Below are positions 1 through 14,765 of a stretch of DNA of 61,513 nt, one piece after another; positions within the stretch are counted from its first letter, which is position 1, and each line of letters starts with the position of its first letter. Under the pieces are notes generated by a model, which was given only the letters and a program-made list of their open reading frames with translations, had not been told where the DNA came from and did no database searches. The stretch is from Raillietiella orientalis (lineage: Eukaryota), in contig JAYWIR010000049.1 in NCBI GenBank assembly GCA_036172245.1, forward strand, positions 1,240,001 through 1,301,513, written 5' to 3'. A program made the translations under genes and the position numbers.

Positions 1-3000
1 CCAACTTATGAGATTGCTAGGAATCGCCACATTGTACTAAGAACTAGGAGCTCGACATCCCAGTTAGTCACGCAACAGCCCCGAACTGGGTTTGCAATCA
101 ATGAAAGCACAAATCTCCGTTGTTTGCTTTTGAAGCCACATCTTACCACAAATCAGGACTTTTTACGAAACTGAAGAGACCTCAGAGTCTCCGACTAGCA
201 TGGGTGAGATCTCTGTGAATTCAGTGAAACCAAAAGTCGCGAAAGGATACAGAGCTACTGACTGATTCTGCTGCACGTTGGAAGCACGAAATCATGACTA
301 TCACCAAAATCTCACTCGACATGGAACGGAATCAGTCTCTCATCAAAGGGTTGAGTGAATGCAATGGCATTACGCACACCTGCGCCGTTGTTCGAGAGAA
401 ACAAGCAAGGAGCACAAAGAGCAAGCGATGCGTGCCGAGTATCCTTGAAACAACCTTGCTCCTAATTTTTGCTTTCAATATTGAAAATACGAAACATGAC
501 CTGGAACGAGAACATCAGGGAATCCAAGATCTATTGGGGCTGGATTAAAAGAACAAATGATTTTGCTTTCAGACGCCATTCCCAAATCCTGAATCACAGA
601 CAAGGATGGAGACATCAGAGAACCTCAATTCATGGATGGTCTGCGAATACTCATCGCAAATGGTCAGATTTGGCCGTTTTGTAGACGAATGGAACAAACA
701 ATAGTCATTTTTTGGTCACCTAAATTTTCTCGCAGGTTTAGAGAAAAGCAAAAGAAAGCACTGTTTGCAAGAGCGGCTCAATGAGAGTGACTGATTGATA
801 GACAGATCACTGTGATATTTAGTTTCTGTAGCCTAATTTGCATGAAAAACGCGTCATATCCCAAGTGTTTCGTATTCCAAACTTCCCAGCACCTATCCGG
901 GAAAAGCTTACCGAAGATGTGGAGAAATTCCTGGAATCTACTGATACTGTGCTCTGATTTCCCAGATGATAGGTGCATGTGTTTTTAGAAAGGCATTATG
1001 TGGCATTATATGTTGCTACATCGTTGAACTGAAAAGAATAAGTGAATCAGAAATATGTATACATATAATGGTGCTAAACGTTGTTTCACGCAGTCAATGC
1101 AATGAATGTAAATTCAATGCTTCTACGAACGTCCGATAAACAGCGAACCGGGTATTTCAGGGAGCTTTGGGATGAAGATTTCAAAGGGTTCCGTGCTGTA
1201 CAGTTCTACAGTTTCTGAGGGTGGTTTTCCTTCGATTTGAAAAGTTTCTCATTTACATTGTGCTTTATTCAGTTTTACTTTCTTGTACGTAATGAACAGA
1301 TGAAGACTGAGGGACCACGCTTTCTGCACATTCCCTCGTGTTTTACAGTGAAACGCCCTGCGGGACGACAACGACGCGACCAGGAAAACTGACTGCCAAT
1401 TAGCACGGAAGTTTCTCTGATGGTCCTGCGCCATGAACATTCACTCAAAGCTGCTGTTTCACGAGCCATTTTCGACTCCTCGAGTTGACATTTGCTAGCT
1501 TTGGGTCGCAATCGGACATTCCTTCATTGAGGTCTACTAATAAAGAAACAGACTGCACACTTCAGGCCTTGTAAATGCGGTGGATGTTCACAGGATGAAA
1601 CATCATTCAAAAGTTCGTTTAGGCGGTTCAATTGAGACAAGAACAGCAAACGTCATTCAGTTTTTTTTGGCGACAGATTTGCGGCTGACTAAGACAAACC
1701 AATGCCTTTCGTGCACAGCCTGTGCGTGCACAGTCTACCTCATGAGAGGTAGGAATGAAAAAAAAAAAAAAAACGAAGACGGCTTTAAACGTAGATGGAC
1801 ATGGAATCAGCTTATCTACGGCCTGAAGACTTTTCCATACAAATTAAATCTACTTATGAGAGAGCTGAGCACTTCTCGTGAGATTACTTGCAGAAGAGAC
1901 GCAGAGATTCATGTGACACGCATCGACTTGCCCCGGATTCTCTGCTTCACGAAACCGAGTTCTGTACTGAAAATCCCAGAGAGTCCTTGTCAGTCGATGT
2001 GATTTCCTGATTCTGATGTCGGCAGTGGAAGGGCCCTTTCACCGCACCTTGTTGGTCAACCAGGAAACCAGAAAATGCAAAACTATCCGAAAACTGTCGA
2101 CAAACCTGACACAATACTTTCACATCATCCTAAATGGTGGCTCCTTGAAATGCATTTTGCTTTAGCTCACCTTCCCGCTCATCTGATCCTAAACTCATAA
2201 TGATAACACCTTGCTAGGCCAATTTTCAAGCTCTTTACTAAACTTCTCCAGCGATGCCGAAATGAGACTTGAAATGAATTCATCAGTGGCATCGTGAGAA
2301 ACTCAGCTTCTAAGTGTAGCCCACGGCTGGGACCGGGAAGCCTCATAACCCAAAACCCCACTGATGATGGCGCATGAATAAATTCTGAAACCACGGAAAG
2401 ATCTTCACGAGCTGGTTGGTTCCAGTACACGCACCCAGAGCATATGAATCATTAATTTTGCAATTTCGATTCTCTCGCTTTGCCATTTGGATGGTCAGGG
2501 AAAAAAGGCACGACGGAATCGCCGAATTTTTGGGAGACCGACAAAAGTAAATGGGTACCAATGAAGATGAAGGTATCCAAGAATGGACGGCGTACTATTG
2601 AGAACTGACTGACGACCACGCCCTTCCTTGCATGTTAGACCTCTTTTGAAAGCATGCTTTCCCTCCTACTGAATTCTTGCGAGATGACCTGATTGCGACA
2701 AATGCAAAAAAAAAAATGAGAGGAAAATATGCTGAAGCATCATAAGCTGGGTGCCTGCCATGCCGTTATCGCACGTATCGTTCAGAATCCATGGCTTGAA
2801 GCCTAGCTAGGGTTTCCCCTTTGGATCCCCACCCCTCATGGAATCTTCTCTATGGGTATACCCCCTGCATCATTTTCGCATCTCTCCGCCCGCTCGTGGA
2901 AGACGACCTTTGAGGCACTGAGGCAAGTCTCTAGCGAACTGTCCCTCTGACAAAAGGAAGACGTTCTGCTGCTACGTTCCAACAGAACGAGTTCTGGAAC

Positions 3001-6000
3001 CGTTCCTTCGACAGCCCAAGGAAACCATCTCCGATGCTCAGAATGCGGAAAGAGTCTGCAGCTGCTCCTGTCCAGCCAACTTGTGTGGTTTGGACGATCA
3101 CATTCATCCGTGCCAAAGGAATCACTGAGCCTCTTCAAGCCCGACGGATTCTGCTTCCCGCAGTCGCAGAAAGTGACTGCAGAAGCGTAAGCAAGCCACT
3201 CTTTTACTTGGTTGGTGGCATTGCAGCAAGTAAAGAACAAGGACGTGAAGTGACCAGCAGCTCATCAGAGCTTGCGACAACCACTCATCAGGCAGGTCGG
3301 GCAGCTCGAGGTTTCGAATTCAAGAAAACGAAACTGACCGGAAGAGTTATTCAGCTCATCAACCGAGAGATAACGGTTATCTTTTCTCTTTCCACTGCCT
3401 TAACAGATCTCAGCGGCAGCATATTGCTCGGTATTCTTCTACACCCTCAGCAAAGGCGGTAAATACACTTATGTTGTATACAGATGCAAGTTAAAACAAG
3501 GGGGTACGTGGCTTAGAGATCATGAAAATCACAAGTTCTTCAAGGAGAATACCAAAAGGAAACCACTGCTGGACCCGAATTCTGCTGCAGAGTTGAGGAG
3601 GGAGCGAAACTTGGAACGCCTGCAAAATCCCGACACGAACCGGCAAATCCAGATAAGACCCTGGCCAATCGTCGAAAAGCTCGAAGCCTTTTTGAGCAAT
3701 GGCGGAAAGCATTTGCAAGACCTCAGATAGCCAATTTATGGGTTCCGTTTCCGGAGCAACTACGGACACTTTCCGGATCGCATAAGTCCACCCGGGTCCA
3801 TCCCTCAGAGATGGGAGGCAGCTTCCTGGGTCTTGGCTTTGGCTTAGCACGAAAAGACATAACGTCATTCGCTTTCGACAAGAAGCCCGAAGAAGGCAGG
3901 CTGTCTACAGCAACTTTGTCCAGACGAACTGAAGCGGGACCAGATGATTTCAGATGGAACCAGTACAGAGCGAAGCAAGCGAATGTAGAAGCAGCAAGAA
4001 AATGTGAAACAGCGCAGGTGAAGATGAAAAAGATGTCTCAGATGCTTCGGATGAATCCGATTTCTAGAGCATTTAACTGGAAGTCGTGAGACAAACAACT
4101 GCAGAGGGGAAATGGCAACTCGGGAGCAGGAGGAATAAATTGAAAAAGAAAGCCTTCTGAAGATCATCGAAGTGTTGTTTCGAGATTGAAAGGGATCAAA
4201 GCTCAGCCTAAAATCAGGCTTGGGAGAAGAAGGATCTCCGGGATCGAAAGCGCGCGAAGAATTGGAGCACGAAAACAGGTCCGAATGTTTTCGACGCGAG
4301 GGTGCTGGCACCTTGGACCCCCAAGCTGAACTTTGCATCTCAATAGGACTCAGCTCAGCTCAAGGGTCGTTCAGCTGAAACGAAGAAGAATGCCTCAATG
4401 TGACGAGAACTACAGGATCGGAACACACCGCAAACACAGGGCTAAGGGAAAACTCCACGACCTCAGTCTGCGGAGTCGCGCGGTATGAAGAAATTTCTGT
4501 TTCCCACCGAGGGAGGAATGTTGACGACTCAAACCAAATGCCGAGTCACGCGATTCCCAGGCCCGGAAGAGATAACAATCTAAGCTTACTTCGGTTACAG
4601 ATTGCTCTTCGAGAAGCGAACGGGAAATGGCGCGTTGCCGAGCAACCAATCCCAACCGTTCTCCAAGCGACAGTTTCGCATGTTCATGCCGCAAGGCCCA
4701 ACGTTCGTACGGTGCTTTGCGTAAAATCCTTCGAGACTTTGTTCGCAACGATCTCGATCCATAATGGACGAACACGCTGGTGCCTCCGACCAGCATTTTC
4801 CTCTTAAGAATGCAACGTGACTCATTCACTTTGATGCGAAAGAATGCTACGGTGAGCAGAGCAAGCGGAGGCAGCGGTTCTTTTCTTCTCCCCGAGCTGT
4901 GCGACATAGTTTGGACTTTCACGAGACACATTTTGCGGAGACAGAAACTCGGAAAGCCGGAACAGTGCGATCCCATTGGAGGAAACGTGCCTGGTGGTTC
5001 GCTTTCCCATGAAGACAACGAACAAGCCGACCGAGTCGAAAGGGAGGAAGACTTCGCATCGCCTCGGGCATTTTGGCCACCGGGTTTGAGATCTCCCGAG
5101 ATTTCCGAATCTTGAGAAAACAAAGGAGAAAGCGCCGATTCTCCAGCGTCCAAGTCCGCTCTTCAAAGATTGATTTAGATCCTCGCCTATTCATTCTTAC
5201 GCCAGCAGCGGTATCTGGAGCTGTAGTTCCTTCAAGCGTGTCATACGGAAGACCGTTATTAGGGAACGACAACGGAATGTCTAGATCAGAATGCGTTTCC
5301 AAATTCTCGACATTTGGCAAAGACTGTGAGATTCTGAGCTTGCATGCTTCGAGCCAGCTGCCGAAACTGGGGACAGATATGTTTGTCCTCCCCTTCCCCC
5401 CAATCTACACACACACACACACTATATATGTAACATATGCATGGCAATAGAATGGTTCCCTCTCTGCTATGAAACCATGTCTGATGCATGAGCTGCCCTG
5501 CATTTTCGGACCACTGGAATAGCTGACCGAGTCACCTGCATTACATATTTATGCGCCCCCCCCCCCCAACATCGATTGCCCTGCCCTGTTCGTGTGCGCA
5601 CTTCAATTTAGCATCAGCTATTGCGAACAGAAATGATGCTATTGTTTGCAAAATAAAAAATATCGGGGGGAAAGAGAAGGGGGGGGGGACTACATATGAC
5701 GAGTCTGCATACTTTTTATCCCCGCGAATCGAAAATCAGTATTGATGACCCAATTACTGATCGGGGCTTGAATACGAAATAACTTCAAAAATTCGAGACT
5801 CTACTTTTTCGGCTTTCGCATGCACCACGCTGATGGACACGGGAAGAGCTGTGCGTCCACTGCGTGCCTGCGCAAGTCTGAACATGGAGGCGAGCTACGG
5901 GGAAACTGGCTCTACGCAATCTGCACACCTGATTCATCCTCCTGCCTGACACTCAAGCAGAGATTTATCCGGAGGTTCGGGATTTTCGATGCTGAATTTC

Positions 6001-6098
6001 GCAATGCTCGGCCAGAACACGACTAAAGCTCGGGACGCTTCGTGGATCGAAAGGAAGGCCTTGGTGCCGAAATGCTTCTTCGTACGTGTCGGTAGGTT

Positions 6099-6100
<2 letters not shown>

Positions 6101-6130
<30 letters not shown>
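6101..6130. repeat. Poly(A)30 tract
   Basis: 30 consecutive A residues. Confidence 0.95.
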
Positions 6131-6132
<2 letters not shown>

Positions 6133-9100
6133 ACCCATCCGTACGAAGGGGCTGCTCTTGTGTGCACCTCCTTGGAGCCGTTTTTTTTTTTCTCTTTCCC
6201 GATTTTTTGCTCCGGCAGCTTCCCGGATAAGATCCGTCCCGATCCGAGATTAAGCACATACTCCCAGCGAGCAAGCAGAGGAGCATTTCCTCAGCAGCCG
6301 AAGAGTGCCATGAGCGTGCCATGGGAACACGGAAAGGCCTCTTGGCACTCCAGCTGCGTGGGAGTCGCCCCGGAGAAACACACAGCGTCAAACAAATGAA
6401 GACAGTGAAGACCTTCTGCAACCATTGGCTGTTGGCATGCAAGCCAACGTGATGCCTGCCAGTGAAGGCCTCAAACTGATTCACGAGAGAAACATCCTGC
6501 TTGTAAGAGAGAGGAGCAAACAGAAGGGATCATGGGAGATGACCCACCTCGGAAGGATGGGGGGAAAGCTTCCTCCAATTCGGAAATCCACTTGAAGAGG
6601 GTCTCATAGCTCGGCTCGGAAGGAAACCAGTTTACCGAAATGGCAAGCAGCAATGCTGAATGCATCTCAGTGCCACGTAAGATCGAGGTCACTGAACAGA
6701 GACTCGCTTGATCCTGCCTCGAAAGCATGAGCCATGGGCAGGAAGGGAGAGAGGGGGAGAGGGAGGAAAAGAGAGTCTCAGGATTTTTCCAATCGTTAGC
6801 ATCCTCCAGCTACTGTTGCTTCAAAAACCTCGACATCTATAGGAGCAATCTTTTCTCTTCTTTGCACCTTTCTCGCAAGGGACTCGGTGGATGTGAAGCG
6901 CCAGGAGAAGAGACTTCGTGGCAGAATCGAGGAGCAGCTCCGGATCCACGGATGTTAAAGAAACGGCTGCTCTTTCAGGAATCCCGTGCAGCTAGATAAG
7001 ACCGCAAGAATACACGGAAGGAGTGCAAGAGAAGACACTCGTCGCTGCCAGCAGCGCATTTGGCTGCACACCGGAACCGTACGTGTTTCCACATACTGGG
7101 AGATGCTGGACGAACGGCCCCATCCGATGGCATGTGAGCTGCTCGGATGCCGGGAGTCCGAACACGCCTTTGCTGTGCTGCCGTGTCCGGAACGCATCAC
7201 AGTGCAGTTCGTGCTCGCTCTTCACAGTGCGGCGACGAACTCGTCCATTCATGTGTGGTGAGGCACAGACGCTGCTGCAAAAAGAGGCGGCCAATGGCCG
7301 CACTCTCTCGTAGCTCCGGGTAATTCTTTATACATAATGGATGGGACAATTGGCGGAACCGAGTGCAGCGCTTAGGAAATTTCTTTTTCCTTTTTTTTTT
7401 AGAAGTGCGCTAATTTGACCCCGGGAACCCAGAAAGCCTCGCGAAATGGGATTCTCACGACCGTGAGGGCACCAAATTGAATTCTGTTTGGGTCGTTGGT
7501 TTGTCCGTGGACCACTTTGATGTGTGTTCAGGCACACCGAGAAGGGGCAATGTGGAAGACGTTCAAAAGGTATGGGAACGAAACAGGAACGCATCCCCAA
7601 AGGAGCACCCCCCCCCCCCCCCCCCTTCGGCCGCACCGCACCGCACTTGTTGCATGCAGTTGAAAGAGCAGACACTGCTCCATCCTGGGACAGAAGCGAA
7701 CGTCAGAGTTGGAATTTTGCAGGCGCAAAGAACTTCGCCGAGTCCTGCGATTGCTCGTGCTTTGATTTACGGGTCGCTTGGGAGGCGCCTTGGTCCACGG
7801 AACATACGTCACAATTGATTCGGAACAAACGTCTAAGAAGGAACACATGCTGAAAGCAGAGCTCAGAGAACCGACATCTGTTTATCTCAGTATCACGGTC
7901 AAACTCCGTACTTGATCAAGTCGAATCGGCCGTCATCGCTGAAAGATGCCTACAATTAGAAAAAAAAGCTACATTGACTTATACTCATCGTCCTGTGATG
8001 CGATGAACTTACAAATAGGAAACGTGAGCGCTCTCAGAGCGTTGGTGACCTTAGTCAAAAGGAAAATTCTATCGCCACGTACAAACTAAGGTCAAGAATC
8101 AGGGAAGCGTAGGTGACCCATACCTTTACTGACTGAAGCATCGAATAGAAATCGAAAGGAAACGGCTGCCTTGCGCTATTAAAAGAGTCGATAACGGGGT
8201 AATAACTAAATAACGTACAAATGGCATGCGCTTTTTGGATACTGAATATATAAATAAACGGAACGCCTACGCTGGAGGTGGTAAAAGTCATCTCTTCAAA
8301 GTACACTTTTCGAAATCAGATTGTCTTAATGGCTTCTGTTGCAGTGTGACGGGAAGCGGAAGAAGACATCCCTCATGAAGTTCCATGTAAAAGCGTCTTG
8401 CACGTATTCATTTTCACATGACTTGCAGGATAAAAGCTTCCCTGGAATCGGAATGCAATGCAAATTTACAAGAAAAGACTGTAACATTCAACTTCCTGAG
8501 AACCTCCCCATTTTTGGCGTCCGAATTCCGAGAATCTACGGAAACATCTGAGGGCGCCCCAAGTCGAGTAGGATGAATTCGAATTAATGAGATGCGAACT
8601 AACGGAAAACGCCATCTGATCCCAGGGTTATTACTGCTGTTTGCAGCTGGAGGTAGTATTAGTGGAGGTGGTGAAGTCGAGGTGGATGGAGAGCCACTTC
8701 AGTACTCTGTGTTTTCCAAAACGGATGATCCCATTTCAAAGAGAAAAAGAGGGCTGGCGATACCTCCCCCCGTTCCCTCTCCCCAAATTTCACAGAGAGA
8801 AGATAAAGGGATAACCAACGAGGGGAGGGGGGAGGGGGAAAGGTCTCAGAAAACCTTAGTAGATGTCTCTTTCTGCTGAGTTGCTCCTGGCAACACGGAA
8901 ACATATGTTCAGATGCTCCTGATGCCCACCATATTTGAGAAGCATTGCAACTGGAGCATTAAGTTTCCTGGGAAATTATTCCTGGAAGCCATAGCAGGTG
9001 TTGTAACTTGGATGTGAGGGATGTCTCTATGAATGGATAAGCTAATGTGATGATGGTATCCGAGTGTTGTTTGGCGAAATGAGCGAAGCAATCGTTGCAA

Positions 9101-10662
9101 TTGCACTCGAAATGGTAGCGCGAACCGATTCATTACTTGGTGAATTCATTTATTAGCTCAGCTCACGGAATCAGTCAAAACTGCGTTGAAAAATAGAAAC
9201 GTTCCCTGAGGAAAATGTCTTACAAAGCCAGAGGGAATGAAGCGAAAGAGAGGGCACGCACCGGCTGTCTTAAATAGCACAACGAAATGCCCGTCAAACG
9301 CATCCTCACAATACGTATTAAAATCCAGCACACATCTCTTTTCCTGCTTATTTTCTTGTCATTTTAACAGATAGACGAGGAACCTTACTTGCTAAAGATG
9401 CTCTAAGATCCCACCAACCGCAGAAACACGTTTTTATTTCTTATAAGAAGGAAGCTTCTCATGCAAAATTAAGCACACCTAATCTAAAAGGATTTTCAAA
9501 GCCTCGCAGATGAAAATGAACTGCTGTCTCCTTGGAAGGGTAAGAAGAAGGACACGCAAGGAGATTTTGGGATGCGTAGAAAGGATACCGCATTCCCAGT
9601 CAACTCTTTCCGAGTTGGCAGTGAAACACGGTGTCCAGATTTACATGCATGAGAAGCACATAAAGCTCACGCGCAAACCCAAAACTCAAGTAGAACCCCC
9701 CCCCCTCCCTCCCCCAGTGCTCTTGCTCCTAATCACTAAGGCCACAATTTTAAAAAGGAAAAAAAGGGCATACCTTTCGTTACAATCATAAAAATGACCG
9801 CACAAAGGGCTGCGTGGATGCGCCTGTCGGCCGTCTTGGAATATTCGGTATCATTTAAAAGGTCACGCGATCCTTAAGCTAAACAGTAGGAAACAAAAAA
9901 AAAAAAAAATCGAATTTCAAAAAACGACGAAGCACCGACGGAGACGGAACACAATGTCCACTGACTGACTCTGGGGACCACGGATCGTGAATGCACTGAG
10001 CTCAGGGCACACCAACTACACGGAAGGTGCCACCACGGAGTGACGGCGGCACGGAATGAAAGAGCACACACCACTCGAGCACGCGTTGGATCTGCGAGGG
10101 CCGCTTTCTAAAGGCCGAAGGGAAGCAAGCAGCACTCACCTCTTACCTTACGCACACTTCATCACAATAAAAGACGATTGAAAATCGCTCGCCACAAAAT
10201 CCAATCACCTTTTGCAAAAGTCAGCGACGGAAACACTGCGGTTATTTATTACCTTTAGCCGAAGAGCTTCCTGAAGGCCGAACGTTTCGAATTAGATGCC
10301 TTAAGGACACTTCGCAATAGGCGACGAAATCGATGGAACACAGAGGAGAGCGGTTCGATTGCAGCAACCGCAGTTCAAGGTCGGCGTATTTGTGACCCGA
10401 ATCAGATGCCAGCGAACGTATGGGAGAACTCCAGTGTCCAGAAGAAGGGAACCTGACAGGTGTGTGTAATTATTAAACTGCCTCTCGCCGCATTCCATCG
10501 CTGCACGCGGCGGCATACCCTTGCGCAAGAACACACTGCAAGCACGCCATGCCTCCTGAATGCGGCGGGGCGGACGGGCAGCTCGGCCCCGTCTGCCCTG
10601 CCCGACGACCATTTTCGCGCGATCGCTTCCCGCAGAAGGATTGCGATTCGACGACGGCAGCC

Positions 10663-10683
10663 CTGCTGCTGCTGCTGCTGCTG
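10663..10683. repeat. (CTG)7 trinucleotide repeat in a CpG-rich island
   Basis: Seven CTG units, directly visible. Confidence 0.9.
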
Positions 10684-13600
10684 CTACGCAACGGGCGGTG
10701 AGCGCGGCCGCGTTCGCTGCGCTCGCCGCTGGAGACGGGCGCTATTTTGCTTCGCAGCAGGCGTACCACAGTCCATTGATTTCTGTTCTCGAAAGATCGA
10801 AGCTCTCGATACGAATTCGATGGATGTTCAGGCAAGGTGAGCTCAGACGGGATCATTGCTGGACTGAATTCGTGAGCTGAGCTGAACTTTGCAGAGTGCT
10901 CTTTTTGTTTTTTTTCCTGTATTGATTTGCTCGTGTCCTGCGAGCTCAATGAAAGAACGTTACGTAGGACGTAAAACTGTAGTTTTCGTATCGCCTCTGG
11001 ATTTGAAGTATTTTCATTACAGCTTGCTTGTTCCCTTGAGGGCAGCTGTTTGAAAGCTGTTTGCGGCATGTTTTGGGAAGTCGTGGCGTAAATACTTTTT
11101 TTCATCCTTCACCCTGAACGCTCACCACCGTCGCAGTTTCGTTCTGTCGCTTGCTTTTAGATCTTAGAGCTTAAAAACTGCAACGGGAGAATCAAAAAAC
11201 TCGTTAATGCAAAGAAAAAAAATGATAGCTCACATGCATTGACACTTACCAATTTTCATGTTTCATATTTGTTTTTATTCTATCCTTTTTTTTTTTTCTT
11301 TTTGAAAATGACATCTGAATCGTACCTTAAAGATTACTGAAAGGTTCATTTCGCTTCTTTTTTAATAGGCGTGGTCATTGGAGTGAAAAGGACAGCCATG
11401 GTAGAACTCCGCTACGGAAACACACTGCACCAAAGCTGCTCAAGAGCTTCCGTTCTGCTGCATGTTTTTAATAAAGTGAAACGAAAGGAGTAGCAAACAC
11501 TCTCACGTGGTACGCAAAATAGCATGCAGGGTTGCACCTCGAGTTGTTTCTCTGGAAGAGGTGAATTTCGGACGTGCAGCACCACTCGCACGTCGATCGG
11601 TAAGGAGGCAAATCGAGAGAGGTGGCTAAAGAACTGATTCTTACATAATCATTACGAGAAAATCCACCATTAAACTATATTATTACCATCGTTTTGCTGT
11701 AATGGTACACATTTCATCACTGTGGCCGTTTTTGTACGAACAGCATGGTGACAGCGACCTCAGCAGTCACGATGGTTTCACTTCAAGTAGACCAAGGCTC
11801 ATTATTTTGCACGTCTGCATCAGCATTCTCGAGAGAGGTCAAGACAATGCATAAAGACCAAAAGATTGTGCGTCGTTTGAGAAACTCCATTTTCCTTTTT
11901 TGTTGCTTCGCCCTTCAGACTGCCGTGCTAACCCCAATGAAATCTGCACGTTCCTGTTTTCCGAAAATCTGCTGGTTCTGGGCGTGTTGACTCAATCCAG
12001 CAGAATCCGTCTCCTCCCTTTCCTCCCATGCAGAATGCGGCTTGGGTCTCATAGAGTAGCTCGTATTCAAATCTTTGCTCATGAGGTGACGTCAAAAGAG
12101 GGTGGAAACAAATGAAGGGAGAAGTTGCACTCGAAACTCGATGTTGGCTCCCAACATCTTCCCCCTTCTCTTTTCAACTCCACCTGAGGTTTTTCCTAGC
12201 TTCTTCCGCTACTCATGGTGACCCAGTACACATCCTGAAAGCGCTGTATGTTCGAGCACGCCATCCCTTTTCTGTTGTCCCATGCCTGTTTTTCGGGAAT
12301 TTTCTGCTCCCTCAACATGCCATCCCAAGATCCCGGGGATTCTACAGAAACTGCAGTGACTGTGGCCGGCACTCCTTTGGGGAGAAGTTGAGGACCAGTC
12401 CTTGATGCTTATTCTGTCTTGCCTCTTCCGTCGCTGCTGATGCAAACTCGTAAGGGCAAGAGGCGTCCAGCGTGACCACCTACCCTTCGCCCTGGAGCAC
12501 AGATCTGGTTGCAACTTTGAGTCTGTTCCTCGGATGGTCTGGTTATCAGATCCCAGTGCTTCAAGGTAGATCGGTGCTTCTCAGTCTGGGTCATCGTCAT
12601 CCACTTTGCAACTTTTGGAGGGAGGGATGAGGGGCATGCGACAGAGCTTTACTACCCTTCCCCCCCTTCTGCCCCTTAAGCGTGTGGGCGTCTCTGGACC
12701 GTTTTGCAAGTCGAAACTGCCTTCCGTGTCAGGGTTGGCTCATATGAGTGACCTCGGAGGTCATTTTGGCGTAGGAGCATCGGCGCATTTTCGTTCCGTC
12801 TCAGATACAAGGAAACATTCTGTACACTCCTGCAAGGGACCATGGCGAGGCTGACCCCGAATCTAATGGGGAGACGCTCTGGAAGAAGTTCTGCTCCCGA
12901 CCGAAGGCACAGGAGGCGACTGCGAAGGCCTTTGAAAATCATGCAGCTCCCGGAGGAACAACGGAGCAGAGGAGAGAGAGTCTTTGGAGAGGATACGGTC
13001 GCTAAGAACCCCACGCCTCCCTCGACGCAAGGAGAGGGAAGCATAAGACCACACGGGAAACCACCAGGGTTGCACATCTCAGATCGTAGTTTCGGTGGAC
13101 CTGAAGGATGTCATCGACGCCTCAGGAGGGCAGTGCATGCACGGCAGCGGCTGCATCGCTGCAACCTCCAAGAACGCTGCTGGGTCCTCCAGGAAACTCA
13201 CGAAATGATCCAAGCTAGAGGCGCTGGAGATGGATGTTCGGGAGGTTCACGTTTTGCGAACTGGGAATGCGAAACGAGCCTGGAGTAGCTGTTCGTGTGT
13301 CGTAGCGTTGCCCTGTCCCTTAATTCCCCTCCTCCCCACCATCTGGGAAAGAAACGATGATGCTTCCGGCGAAAAGGTCCGGAGGCGAATCACTTCCTTT
13401 TTCCCATGTGGCACGACGAAGACTTCTTCGTGCCAGAGTCGCGTTTGCTTCTGGATGTTGGACAGGAAACGCACATACATAAGAATGCCATCAGGAAGGA
13501 TGTTATGGATAATTGTGGGAAGTGACGACGGACCAGGAAATGTGCCATTCCCCTTCCAGCAACGTTTAGAGAGGAAAACGCTCAGGGGCTCACCAGGAGG

Positions 13601-14765
13601 ATCAGTGGTCCATTTCGGGAGCGAGACTCGACAACAGGGGAAGATACTGCTCTTCAGTGAGCTGCCCACTTCTTGGTACAGGAGACCTGTAGTTCACCCA
13701 ACGAACGAGATGCTCCGTCTCAGCGCATTCAGAAAGCCCTGTCCTTCAACAGTGAAGGCGAACGTGGAGCCCCCCCCCCCCCACAGGTTGAGTGAGTGAT
13801 TGAGTGAGCTCACCTTAGGTGAGCGCGATTCGCAACGGAAAGACCCGAACGTGACACTGAAGGGTTCTTCCCAAAAGCTCCTTGGGAGATGAGAACTGCG
13901 GATGCGTTTCGGGAGGGAATTCCACCTTCCGGAAGAAGAAACCCGGGGACCCTGAAATGGAAAACAGATTACTCAGCAAGGTTCCCAGCCTTCACGAGTG
14001 TATTAGCGATCGAAGCTTCTGGGAAACGCCGGACTGGAAAATGGATGGCAGTGATAGCAACATCCTCTCGAAGTGAAAGAGGGAATCAAGCAAAGGACCG
14101 GGCAAGGGTAAAGAGGGAGCTGCGGCCATTTGTCCTCAATCAGAGAAGCTGCTGATAGGTGCAGCCTGAAGTTCTTTTCAAGAGAAAACTTTTCCTATCC
14201 TTCTCCAATGCACGAAATCTCCCGAAGGTAGTGTCCCGTTCGCAGGGTTGCCAGCTCTCTCCGATACGGGAAAAACCCTCATGAAAAACGGTTGCACCGT
14301 TTCCGAGTATACCGAATCTCATCTTCAAGATGCACGCATGCCGCCTTCTCTGCGCCGCTGGAAACCGACTGGGACTTGATAGCGTCTTTCTCGATAGTTC
14401 CTCCGGCAAGTGTGTGGGAGAGCAACCTCCAGAATGCTCCACGATCCTTCTTCCGGGGACTCCCGGCTCTTGCCAAGGCAACTCCTTTTGCTGCCAAGCT
14501 TTCTGACGAGTTCTCTTGGAAAGCACTGCGGACTCGGAGTTCAAGAGATGCTGTCCATACTATCAGCTCCGGAGGACCCGATTGTATCTGACCTGACCTC
14601 TTGAATCTCCAGATCTTCTGGGGACAGAAAATGAATGACCTAGGAGAGTCATGCAAAGCGAGGAGCTTTTCTCGTGGACAGGTGACCATGGCAGGGACTG
14701 TGTTCTACTCTCGAGCTTTTCTTCCGAAGTGTTGGGATCGAGATCTCTTGGTGCTCTGGTGCTCT

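Noticed and set aside
570..957. Possible 3' exons of a + strand gene (PNLHEKRVISQVFRIPNFPAPIREKLTEDVEKFLESTDTVL*)
   Set aside because: Acceptor-like sites exist, but I could not join exons in consistent phase and recognise no family.
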